Origin: Thermoanaerobaculia bacterium | GTDB lineage: Bacteria > Acidobacteriota > Thermoanaerobaculia > Multivoradales > UBA5704 | Reading direction: 5' to 3' | Assembly (NCBI GenBank): GCA_030150965.1 | Contig: JASLEW010000394.1 | Span: forward strand, 1 to 52,197 | Length of the DNA: 52,197 nt | Program-made: the position numbers and the translations under genes | Notes under the pieces: model-generated | What the model was told of the DNA's origin: nothing | The model's database searches: none | Seen by the model: the letters and a program-made list of their open reading frames with translations, nothing else | Shown here: positions 28,901 through 34,939 of the stretch, one piece after another | Layout of the letters: each line of letters opens with the position of its first letter | How positions within the stretch are numbered: the stretch's first letter is position 1

Positions 28901-30480
28901 TCAACCAGTACGGACCGAGCGAGACGACCATGACCTTCACCTGGTACGCGGCCACCGCGGACGACGAGGCCCGGCCGGCGCTTCCGGTGGGCCGGCCGGC
29001 CGCGTCCTCGCGGGTTTACCTGCTGGACCGGATGCTCCGCCCCGTGCCGCTGGGCGCAGCCGGGGAGATCTGCTGCGGAGGTCCCGGCCTGACTTATGGG
29101 TACCTCGGGCAACCGGACCGCACGGCCGAGGCCTTCATCCCCGATCCCTTCAGCGCCGTGGGCGAGCGGCTCTACCGGACGGGGGACCGCGGCCGGTACC
29201 GTCCCGATGGCGTCCTGGAGCTGCTCGGACGCATCGATTTCCAGGTGAAGATCCGCGGTCAGCGCGTCGAGCCCGGAGAGGTCGAGGCCGTGCTGCGCAG
29301 CCATCCGGCCGTGCGGCAGGCCGTTGTGGAGGCCCGCGGAAAAGAGGAGCCACGCCTGGCGGCCTGGCTGGTGGCGCAGGGCGTGAGCGCCAATGACCTC
29401 CGCGCTTTCCTGGCGGAGCGTCTCCCCGCGTCCATGATTCCTGCCGACTGGGTCTTCCTCGACGCCCTGCCGCTCACGCCACACAACAAGGTCGATCGCT
29501 CGCGCCTGCCGGAGCCCAGCCGCGAGCGCGCGGCGGCCGTCCAGGAGCCCCGCGACCGGACCGAGCTGCGGCTCGTCCGCCTGTGGGAAGAGATCCTTGG
29601 CATCCAGCCGGTCGGGATCTCCGACAACTTCTTCACCCTCGGAGGTCACTCCCTGTCCGCCGTCCGCCTGATGGCCGGCATCCGTCGCCTCTTCGGCCGG
29701 GACCTCTCCCTCTCCGTGCTCTTCCGGAAGCCCACGGTCGAGGAGCTCGCCGACACTCTGCGGCAGGACGGCCGGGATCTCCCCTGGTCCCCCCTGGTGG
29801 CGCTGACGCCGGAGCCCGCGGGCGAGATGCCCTGGCTCTTCATCCACGGCGGAGACGGGCACGCCCTCACCTTTGCCGATCTGGCCCGCACCTTGAGCGC
29901 GGCGGGTGAAGACCGGCCGGTCGTCGCCCTGGAGGCCCGCGGTCTTGCCGACGGGCAGACGCCGCTGGAGAGCATCGAAGACCTGGCGGAGGTCTACCTC
30001 AGCGCCATCCGGAAGGCCTGGCCAAGGGGCCCCTACCGGCTGCTGGGATACTCCATGGGGGGCAAGGTCGCCTTCGAGATGGCCCGCCGGCTGGAGCAGG
30101 AGGGCGAAACCGTGGAGCCGCTGATCCTCCTGGACATTCCCGCCCTCCCGCGCCCCGAGTCGGTTCCGGATCTCGAGGTCCCCGCGGAGGTCCGCGCTCT
30201 GCCGGGCTTCGATCCCGAGCTAGCGGACCGCTACCTCGCCGTCTGGAGGGCGCACCTGAAAGCCTCCCATTCCTGGACCCCGGCGCCCTTCGGAGGCAAG
30301 GTCCGCCTCCTCGTGGCGGAGGCGGGAACCTATGCCGGGAACCCGGATCCGGCCCTCGGCTGGGGAGCCGTGGCCGGGGGAGGGGTCGAGGTCGCCTCAA
30401 CCCCGGGAGATCACTTTAGCCTGCTCCGGCCGCCGCACGTCCAGACCCTCGTGGAGCGCTACTTGAAGAGGTATCTATGA
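16909..30480 (+). CDS. Non-ribosomal peptide synthetase B: four C-A-T modules plus terminal thioesterase
   Basis: The true start is ATG 16909 (ATGA overlap with the upstream stop); the track start 15760 is an upstream extension. C motifs: MHHIVADGWS (~17446), VHHLVSDGWS (~20671), LHHIVSDGWS (~23836 and ~27049). A cores: LSYIIYTSGSTGQPKG (~18864), LAYVLYTSGSTGTPKG (~22084), LAYVIYTSGSTGRPKG (~25246), PAYVVYTSGSTGRPKG (~28462). Carrier Ser codons: 20101, 23263, 26485, 29650. TE: GYSMGG (Ser 30052) and GDHF. All C domains look LCL-type; no E, MT or Cy domains were seen. Confidence 0.9.
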   Translation: MSVTVTDRLAALAPEQRALFERLLEKELEDARIHQPAPPILPVPRDRDLPLSFSQQRLWLIDQIEPGSPAYNIPQVLRLVGEIEPSLLQWIFSEIVRRHESLRTTFVSRQDGPVQVIASPEPLALSLLDLSHLPEKERESQARDLALAEARRPFDLQRGPLLRLLLVRLIERHHLLLLTMHHIVADGWSMGILVREIMALYTAFAEGRPSTLPELPVQYADFAVWQASWLQGEVLASEISFWKRQLAGLPPLLELPTDRPRPAAQTFRGATQPFHLESGSADAVRELCWREEATPFMVLLASWAALLGRHAGQDDVVMGAPVAGRNRREIEGLIGFFVNTLVLRSDLSGDPSFRELLHRVRQASLDAFAHQDLPFERIVEEIGVERNLAISPLFQVLFIFQNVPVGNLTVPGLALSQVDVDAGLAKFDLSLSLTDTGAGFSGALEFATDLFDSTTMDRLQDHFRTLLASAMSDPQRRLAELPLLANGELHQILWEWNDAPGRDGSSCVHHLIETQARRRSELAAVLTSEGVEISYGELDRLADRLASRLRALGVLPDDRVGVCLHRGWEGAVVLLAILKAGGCYLPLDPAYPRERLGFMLSDAAAPVIVTRDGLVEAQPVQGVRLLSLDDFWEGDRPREERRGDLPVVDLNHLSYIIYTSGSTGQPKGVALPHRTLANLIAWQITASAVPAGRTLQFASPSFDVSLQETLATWAAGGTLVLLSEDDRRDAEAVLRRLRGARVERLFLPFVALQQIAEAAARADALPPLREVVTAGEQLQMTPEVRAFFSRLPGCVLRNQYGPSETHVVTESSLWNEPHGEVEEWPALPSIGRPIAGTEVHLLDFRGELVPIGAPGEIYLGGRGLARGYLGRPDLTAARFLPDPWGSQGDRLYRTGDLARRSRSGEIEFLGRIDHQVKIRGFRVEPGEIEAALAEHPSVRQAVIAVREDLPGGRGLVAFVVPDGEPVPAVAELRQLLRERLPEFMVPGHLAFLDRLPVTPSGKVDRRALSKLRVFPEMPNHADRAESTPAASRSPVEELLAGIFAELLQAERVAPGESFFDLGGHSLLATQLVSRLRLVFGVELPVRAVFEAPTVASLATAVERALRKGEAARLPPLVRIAREGPLPLSFAQQRLWLVDQLQPGSAAYNIPVALRLAGRLDPRALAAALSEVVWRHEALRTVFELGPGGEPVQRIQPSAPVPLPVIDLRGLSSPGAESMRLARQEASRPFDLTAGPVLRAALVLSGELEQVLLLTVHHLVSDGWSTGVLIQELATLYPVLARGEASPLPELSVQYADFAVWQRRWLTGEVMAAELAYWRERLAGAPQALELPMDRPRPAVQTFRGRTLFLSLPTPLESLHELARRRRATLFMVLLASVQTLLARLASQSDISVGTPVSGRNHAQTEGLIGFFVNTLVMRSDLADEPAFGALLERVRETALEAYAHQDLPFEKLVEEVAPERDLGRTPLFQVMLVLQNAAFDGLELPDLRLEPLPVDSGTAKFDLTLSLGEDRGALAGFAEHNRDLFDATTVRRLLSQLDNLLQSALAAPERNVFDLELMGAAERLQVVQEWSGEDLGYPRERCVHELFAERAALHPEALAVSFRDEAWSYGELDRRSALLAERLRSLGIGPEVPVGLLTERSLEMVAGVLGILKAGGAYVPLDSSFPAERLEWMLRDTGAPVVLVQERRLGDLPAGPWRAVSLEGLCQGSEMAAAPGRSPGASRDNLAYVLYTSGSTGTPKGVAVPHRAVVRLVRGRDGLCIGADEVWLQLAPLAFDASTLEIWGALANGGRLEVFGPDKPTIEELGRKVESTGVTSLWLTAGLFHQVAESDLRTWRGLRRLLAGGDVLSPAHVRRALEELPGCRVINGYGPTENTTFTCCHDLTAPSQVEGPVPIGRPIANTRVHLVDRRGHPVPPGAPGELLTGGDGLARGYHGRPDLTAELFVPDPFAGQPGERLYRTGDLARWRPGGEIEFLGRIDQQVKIRGFRVEPGEIEAALATLPGAREVVVVAREDVSGNQRLVAYVVGEVETDSLRRSLRERLPDYMVPAVFVTLDALPLTANGKVDRRALPAPDGPDAGAGHLAPRTPVEEILAGIWAEVLGVGRVGVNDHFFDLGGHSLLATRVMSRMRGAFGVEIPLRSLFEAPTLAGSAARIEAALQARTAALAPPLTPIPRTGPLSLSFAQQRLWFIDQLAPGSPLYNIPVVLRAEGSLDCRVLALTLGEIVRRHEALRTVFAAPQGSPVQVIQPAAPFLLNVVDLSGLPESARQPLAHTLAREAAVHPFDLARGPLLRVLLLRVAEGDHVVVLTLHHIVSDGWSMGILVGELRDLYEAFAQGRPSTLPELPIQYADFAVWQRRWFQGEALEAQLDYWKRQLQGAPTALDLPLDHPRPALQSHRGAKRLVALPCLLSEAIGRLCSQREVTPFMTLLAAWAVLLGRHARQDDVLVGAPIAGRNRREIEGLIGFFVNTLVLRSDLSGTPSLHELLERVRRTALDAFTHQDLPFERIVEEVGAERNQAISPLFQAVFALQNAPLEDLEIPGLVLSPFDVDMGIVKFDLTLTLRESPAGFVGLLEYNADLFDVSTVDRLLARFEALLAAAVQEPSLPVAELPILLLGERQQMLVEWNDTRVPLFPACLHELIEAQADRSPDSVAVVAGDESLTYRELDLRANRVGHHLRTLGAGPDVLVGLCAERSPEMVIGMLGILKAGGAYVPIDPDYPQERLAFLLADSGVRAVLTQRHLADRIPAGEVCLVLLDSEERTVGAGGERPRGGALPESLAYVIYTSGSTGRPKGVLVPHAGAVNRLLWAQDAYPVTVADRVLHKASFSFDFSVWECFGPLIAGARLVLARPGEQRDPSQLVRTIRQQEITLVHFIPSMLQVFVAEEGVEACTSLRYVFSGGEALPAELAERCRERVPAVLRNQYGPTEISIDTTDWICRPEDSRRGFVPLGLPLANTALYILDQTLSPMPPGVAGELCVGGAGVTRGYWQRPDLTAEKFVPDPFSGQRGARLYRTGDRALRLLDGNVKFLGRMDHQVKIRGFRIELGEIEATLASHPAVRECVLLVREDTPGSRLLVAYVVLERQAEIQDPGSDLRRFVGERLPEHMVPSAIVALDAFPLSPNGKLDRRALPAPQSTRTSRSRRRRAARPVEQSYTAPSNPVEELLAGIWGEVLGIERVGIHESFFALGGHSLLATQVVSRIRSVLGAELPLRQLFESPTIASLARIVQSSGSTVQAPPILPVPRDHDLPLSFAQQRLWLVDQIEPGNLAYNMPLALRLTGGIAPGLLKGIFSEIVRRHEALRTTFASRDGWPVQVIAPPGPVELPVLDLSQLPESEREARARDLALVEAQRPFDLRRGPLLRLLLVRLAGTDHLLLLTLHHIVSDGWSAGVMLREIAALHEAFSQGRPSPLAGLPVQYADFAVWQRSWLQGEVLDAQLAGWKRQLAGAPAVLELPLDRPRPAIQSYRGARRPVLLSSPLSEAVGRLCRQQGVTPFMALLAAWAVLLGRHAGEDDVLVGAPIAGRNRREIEDLIGFFINTLVLRLDLSGAPSLAELLGRVRRTALDAFAGQDLPFERLVEDLAPERSLAYAPLFQVMFVLQNMPLGELAVPGLAISPLNVDAGLAKFDLSLNLFEGPEGVVGTLTYAVDLFDESTVERLIAGFQTLLAGMAAMAAADPAAPLHDLEVLPEAERRQLLAVWSAEETGASDLSLYELFERQAERTPDAVAVIYEEEIWTYRDLLRRSREIAGLLREQGVGPEARVAILDRRSPERLARVLGVLACGAAFVAIDREQPRARRAEILADVAPVWVFPPQPPLPEEGEGEVEAGVTVLPEVGALGSHVPCSCPGPAYVVYTSGSTGRPKGIFGHHRGAATYLEWIVRNYGLAESDVALQLAPLTFDASLRDTLAPLAAGGRIVIVPDDVARDPAALLERMAAHGVTCLPSIVPSLLRLLVEEALASGRKIPSLRLLLASGEKLHGADAAAVRRAFGPRVSLVNQYGPSETTMTFTWYAATADDEARPALPVGRPAASSRVYLLDRMLRPVPLGAAGEICCGGPGLTYGYLGQPDRTAEAFIPDPFSAVGERLYRTGDRGRYRPDGVLELLGRIDFQVKIRGQRVEPGEVEAVLRSHPAVRQAVVEARGKEEPRLAAWLVAQGVSANDLRAFLAERLPASMIPADWVFLDALPLTPHNKVDRSRLPEPSRERAAAVQEPRDRTELRLVRLWEEILGIQPVGISDNFFTLGGHSLSAVRLMAGIRRLFGRDLSLSVLFRKPTVEELADTLRQDGRDLPWSPLVALTPEPAGEMPWLFIHGGDGHALTFADLARTLSAAGEDRPVVALEARGLADGQTPLESIEDLAEVYLSAIRKAWPRGPYRLLGYSMGGKVAFEMARRLEQEGETVEPLILLDIPALPRPESVPDLEVPAEVRALPGFDPELADRYLAVWRAHLKASHSWTPAPFGGKVRLLVAEAGTYAGNPDPALGWGAVAGGGVEVASTPGDHFSLLRPPHVQTLVERYLKRYL

Positions 30481-32123
30481 GCCGCAGCCGATTGGATTGC
30501 CTGAGCATCGGGTACTACGAGCCCGCCTTCGAGGAGCACGAGAAGCTCCTCCGCCAGCTTGGAGAGGACTCGGAGGCCTACCGCGACCTGCAGTTCAGCT
30601 TCGTCGACCTGGGCGACCGGAAGCTGACCTACATGGGTCTCCTGAGCCATGCCTACCGCCTGGCCCATGGTCTGGATCCCGCAGGGGAAGACGACTTCAA
30701 GTCGGGGGACATCCCAAACCTGGCCGCGGTCTACCTGACGCACTTCCTGCGCCTCAAGGGGTTGCGGGCCGAGTATGTCAACCTGTTCTCCTACGAGCAG
30801 GACCGGCTGCGGAGCTGCCTGGACGAGGACCCGCTCTGCGTGTCCATCACGACCACGTTCTACAGCCTCAACTTTCCGGTCATCGAGATCGTCAAGGGGA
30901 TCCGCCGGCACAGCACGCGGACCCGGATCGTGGTCGGCGGCCCCCTGGTGGCGAACCATCACCGCCGCTACCCGCCCGACGAGCTGCTCATCGCTCTCGA
31001 CGATATGGGCGCGGACATCTACGTCATCGAGTCACAGGGTGAGCAGACCCTGTGGCGCGTGGTCGAGTGCCTGAAAAATGGCGGCGACCTGTCCCGGGTG
31101 CCGAACATCGTCTACCGCGACGAGGCGACCGGGAAGTTGCGCCTGAACGGGGCCGAGCGAGAGAACAACTCCCTGGACGAGTACGCCATTGACTGGCGGC
31201 TCTTCCGGGGCGACGCCCTGGGGCCGACGCTGCAAACGCGGACCGCCCGCAGCTGTGCGTTCAGCTGCGCCTTCTGCGGCTACCCGACGAGGGCGGGAAA
31301 GCTCACCCTGGCCAGCCTCGGCACCATCGAGCGCGAGCTCGATTCGATGCGGGACATCGGCGGCGTCCAGAACGTGGTCTTCATCGACGACACCTTCAAC
31401 GTGCCCCTGCCACGGTTCAAGGACATCTGCCGGCTGATGATCCGCAAGGGCTACGGCTTCAACTGGTTCTCCTACTTTCGCTGCAGCAACTCCGACGAGG
31501 AGGCGTTCGAGCTGATGGCCCGCAGCGGGTGCAAGGGAGTGTTCCTCGGTATCGAGTCGGGCTCGCCCCGCATCCTGGAGAACATGGACAAGCACGCGGC
31601 GGCCGACAAGTACCGCGAGGGAATTCGCCGGCTCAAGCAGCACGGGATCCTGACCTTCGGCTCCTTCATCGTCGGCTTTCCCGGTGAGACCGAGGAGACG
31701 ATCCGGGAGACCGTGGACTTCATCCGGGAGACCCGGCCGGACTTCTATCGGGCCCAGATCTGGTACTGCGAGCCGGGGACCCCCATTTACTACCGCAAGG
31801 AGAAGTACGGGATCGAGGGCGAGGGCTACAGGTGGCGGCACTCCACCATGGAGAGCCGGGAAGTGATGGACCACATCGACGACATGTTCCTCGACATCCG
31901 GGAGTCGGAGTGGCTCCCACAATGGTCCTTCGACTTCTGGGTCATCCCGTACCTGATTGGCAAAGGAATGTCCCTGGAGCAGTTCCGCGGCTTCGTCCAC
32001 GAGGCCAACCGGGCGCTGTCGCTGGAGATCGAGTACGTGCCGGACGCGGAGAAGCGGCGGCTCCAGCGCGACTGTGTCCAGAAGATGGTTGAGAACCTTC
32101 GCGGGTGGCGCCGGGCCGCCTAG
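30477..32123 (+). CDS. Cobalamin-binding (class B-like) radical SAM enzyme, probable methyltransferase-type tailoring enzyme
   Basis: ATGA overlap with the NRPS-B stop. N-terminal Rossmann-like B12-binding region (LCVSITTTFYS...RIVVGGPLV). Radical SAM cluster motif CAFSCAFCGY (CxxxCxxC, nt 31254-31277). The N-terminus LDCLSIGYYE...AYRDLQFSF resembles my recollection of PhpK-type family members. Confidence 0.8.
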   Translation: MSRSRLDCLSIGYYEPAFEEHEKLLRQLGEDSEAYRDLQFSFVDLGDRKLTYMGLLSHAYRLAHGLDPAGEDDFKSGDIPNLAAVYLTHFLRLKGLRAEYVNLFSYEQDRLRSCLDEDPLCVSITTTFYSLNFPVIEIVKGIRRHSTRTRIVVGGPLVANHHRRYPPDELLIALDDMGADIYVIESQGEQTLWRVVECLKNGGDLSRVPNIVYRDEATGKLRLNGAERENNSLDEYAIDWRLFRGDALGPTLQTRTARSCAFSCAFCGYPTRAGKLTLASLGTIERELDSMRDIGGVQNVVFIDDTFNVPLPRFKDICRLMIRKGYGFNWFSYFRCSNSDEEAFELMARSGCKGVFLGIESGSPRILENMDKHAAADKYREGIRRLKQHGILTFGSFIVGFPGETEETIRETVDFIRETRPDFYRAQIWYCEPGTPIYYRKEKYGIEGEGYRWRHSTMESREVMDHIDDMFLDIRESEWLPQWSFDFWVIPYLIGKGMSLEQFRGFVHEANRALSLEIEYVPDAEKRRLQRDCVQKMVENLRGWRRAA

Positions 32124-32146
32124 AACCGACCGACTCGAGCGGAGCG

Positions 32147-34594
32147 CTACTTGGAGCGGAACAGGGCAGAGGGATCCGCCTTGGTCGCCCGGTAGGCCGG
32201 CCTCAGGATCGCCGGCAGGGAGAACAGCGCGATGATGCAGGGCACGATGAGGAAGACGACGGGATCGTAAGGATTGACGTCGAACAGGATGCTCCCCATC
32301 GTCTTCGCCAAGCCGAGAGCGAACGCGAGCCCTGCGGCCAGGCCGATGGCGAGGAGCACCGCCCCCTTCCCGGCGAACTGCCGCAGGATGTCGGACGGAT
32401 CGGCCCCCATGGCCATGCGGATGCCGATCTCGAAGCTCTGCTGGCGTACGGTATAGGCCAGGATCGAGTAGATCCCGATCACCGCGAGCAGGAGGGCCGA
32501 CGACGCGAAGAAGATCAGCAGGAAGGCGTTGAGCCGCATGCCGGCCTCCTCCAGGTGCCTCCGTTCCTGCAGGGTCTTGATGTCGTAGACCGGGATGTCC
32601 GGGGCGATCGTCTGCATCAGGTTGCTCAGCTGGACGCGGGTCTGGTCACCCGCCCCGCGCGTATGCAGCAGGATCGATGCGGTCCTCGCCCGCATCTGGA
32701 GCAGGGGAAAATAGACGTCGCGGTGGAAATCGTGATCGAACAGGAGGCGCCCGCGCTGGTCGACATCCTCGACGACGCCGACCACCTCCGCCCAGACGTT
32801 CTGCGAGGCCCCCGAAAAGAACCGCTTGCCGACCGGGTTCTGGGAGGGCCAGAGCGCCTCCGCCGTGGAGCGGCTGAGGATGGCGACCACGGGGTGGCTG
32901 GCGTCGTCATGCTCGTTGAAGTCGCGCCCCTGGATGAGCTTGATGCCCGTCTTCCGCAGGAAGTTGGGCGAGGTCCGCTGGTCATAGACCTTGACCTTGT
33001 CCTCCGGCGCTTCGAGCGACTTGCCTTCCGGGACGATGAAGCGGTAGGTATAGCCCTCGCCAAGAATGCCGGGCCCCCACAGGCCCGCCTCCTCCACGTC
33101 CGGCAGAGTCCGCGCCTTCTCGAGCACCTGCTTGTACAGCAGGTATACGGGACCGTCCTCCTTGTATTGCGTCGCCGGCAGCTCGAACCGGGCGCTCAGG
33201 ACGTGCTCCACCTGGTACCCGGGATCGCTCTGGATCAAGGCCCGCAGGCTCTTGATCAGGAGACCCGCTCCGATCAGCAGGATGACGGAGAACAGGACCG
33301 CCGAGACGACCAGGAAGCTCCGGGTGGTAGCCGTGGCCGCCGACTGGCTGTGCCCCTTGCCCTCGGACTGCAGCTCCTCCTGGAGGTCCACGTTCAGGCT
33401 CTTCCGGGCCGGGATCACGCCGATCAGGAAGCTGACCAGGAGCGACACGATCACCGCCGCCGCCAGGGCTCGCAGGTCCACCGAGAACTGCATGAAGGCC
33501 GGGAGGTTGTAGGCTTGCCCGCCGAACGTGGAGAGGAGCTTCACCGCGAAGAGCGCCGCGCCGACGCCGAGCAGGGCGCCCGCCAGGCAGAGGAGGGCCC
33601 CTTCGAGGACGAAATCGCGGATCAGGCGGAGGCGGCTGCTCCCCAGGGCCAGCCGCAGGGCCACTTCCTTGCGCCGCTCGACCGCCCGCCCGAGGAGCAG
33701 GTTGGTGACGTTGGCGCAACCGACGAACAGGACGAAGACCGCTCCGATGAGCAGGGTCAGGACCGACAGGCGCATGCGCTCGAAGTCGAACTGGAATGTG
33801 CGCAAGGGGTGGACGGTGGCCACGAAGCCCGCGTTGGAGCTCGGGAAGGTGTGGGCGAGCTGTTGCGAGATCGAGCGCATCTCCTGCTGGGCCTGCTCCA
33901 GGCTGACCCCTGGCCGCCGGCGCGCGAACACGTCCAGCCAGCGCGCGATCCGGTCCTCGACGTAACCCGGCCGTTGCGTCAGCCTGGAGATGGTCACGGG
34001 CACGTAGAGGTCGATGTCGCGATAGATGTCGCGGAAGCCCTCGGGCAGGACACCGACGACCTGAAACGCGAGGCCCTGGAGCTGGATGCTCCGGCCGACG
34101 ATCGAAGGGTCCCCGCCGAAGCGGCGTTTCCACAGGCCGTGGCTGAGCACGGTCACCGCCTGCGGGCTGGTCCGGTCGTCCTCCTCCGGCTGGAAGCTCC
34201 GCCCGAGAGCCGGCCGGACTCCCAGCAGATCCAGATAGGAAGCAGAAACGTAGCCGGCGTTGACCCGCTCGGCACGGTCGCCCGCGGTCAGGTTGAGCTG
34301 CAGGCCGTTCGAGCTCGCGGAGATCAGCTCCAGAGTCTGGCTCTGCGCACGCCAGGAATCGACGTCCAGGTAGGAGGCCGGCAGGATCGACCCATCCCCT
34401 GCGGCCCGCATCCGCAGGACGGTCAGGCGGTCTCCCGCCTTGTAGGGGATCTCGCTCAGCAGCACGGAGCTCGCGATGCTGCAGATCGTCGTCATCGAGC
34501 CGATGCCCAGGGCCAGGATCATGAGGATAGAAAACGAGAGGCCGGGCCTTTTCACCAGGGCTTTGAAAGCCTGTCGAAGATCCGATGCCATCAT
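32147..34594 (-). CDS. ADOP-family duplicated FtsX/MacB-like permease (orphan, no adjacent ATPase)
   Basis: From Met at 34594, preceded by AAGGAGG: MMASDLRQAFKALVKRPGLSFSILMILALGIGSMTTICSIA, the typical ADOP/MacB N-terminus. The ~815 aa carry two TM-bundle regions separated by large periplasmic-type domains. The protein ends ...RATKADPSALFRSK. It is convergent with the radical SAM gene (23-nt gap). Confidence 0.85.
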   Translation of the reverse strand: MMASDLRQAFKALVKRPGLSFSILMILALGIGSMTTICSIASSVLLSEIPYKAGDRLTVLRMRAAGDGSILPASYLDVDSWRAQSQTLELISASSNGLQLNLTAGDRAERVNAGYVSASYLDLLGVRPALGRSFQPEEDDRTSPQAVTVLSHGLWKRRFGGDPSIVGRSIQLQGLAFQVVGVLPEGFRDIYRDIDLYVPVTISRLTQRPGYVEDRIARWLDVFARRRPGVSLEQAQQEMRSISQQLAHTFPSSNAGFVATVHPLRTFQFDFERMRLSVLTLLIGAVFVLFVGCANVTNLLLGRAVERRKEVALRLALGSSRLRLIRDFVLEGALLCLAGALLGVGAALFAVKLLSTFGGQAYNLPAFMQFSVDLRALAAAVIVSLLVSFLIGVIPARKSLNVDLQEELQSEGKGHSQSAATATTRSFLVVSAVLFSVILLIGAGLLIKSLRALIQSDPGYQVEHVLSARFELPATQYKEDGPVYLLYKQVLEKARTLPDVEEAGLWGPGILGEGYTYRFIVPEGKSLEAPEDKVKVYDQRTSPNFLRKTGIKLIQGRDFNEHDDASHPVVAILSRSTAEALWPSQNPVGKRFFSGASQNVWAEVVGVVEDVDQRGRLLFDHDFHRDVYFPLLQMRARTASILLHTRGAGDQTRVQLSNLMQTIAPDIPVYDIKTLQERRHLEEAGMRLNAFLLIFFASSALLLAVIGIYSILAYTVRQQSFEIGIRMAMGADPSDILRQFAGKGAVLLAIGLAAGLAFALGLAKTMGSILFDVNPYDPVVFLIVPCIIALFSLPAILRPAYRATKADPSALFRSK

Positions 34595-34939
34595 GATGGT
34601 CCCCCTGCCTCCTTGGGAGCCAGATCCAATGGGTCCAGAAGGTGGATGCCAGCCACGGCCTCCCTCTCCATCACCAGGGATCGGCAGCCTTGCCCGTGCG
34701 CGGATCTCATCCAGAAAGACGTGGGCCGTGATGCAGGCGAGGACGGCGAAGTCCGCACAGGTGGCGAGACGGTGGATGCTCCGCATCATGGTCCGTCAGG
34801 ATAGGATTATAGCTAAGACCGTTTGGTTTGGGGAAAGCGGGTGTCTCGAAGGCGACCTTGGCCTTCTCGCCGGTGACCCAGCCCTCGGCCTGGATGTCGC
34901 GATGAGGGCACAATCCCCCCTCCGGAGGAAGATAGCGCC

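Noticed and set aside
18265-29862. Antisense giant ORFs 18265..23628 (1787 aa) and 26188..29862 (1224 aa)
   Set aside because: Same reasoning: they are antisense to NRPS-B, have low-complexity composition, and show no family motifs.
34595-34789. 65-codon N-terminal extension of the ADOP permease (start 34789)
   Set aside because: The family-typical N-terminus (DLRQAFKALVKRPG...) starts at Met 34594, preceded by AAGGAGG. The extension has no membrane or signal character. The TATAAT at 34806-34811 is compatible with a long 5' UTR instead.
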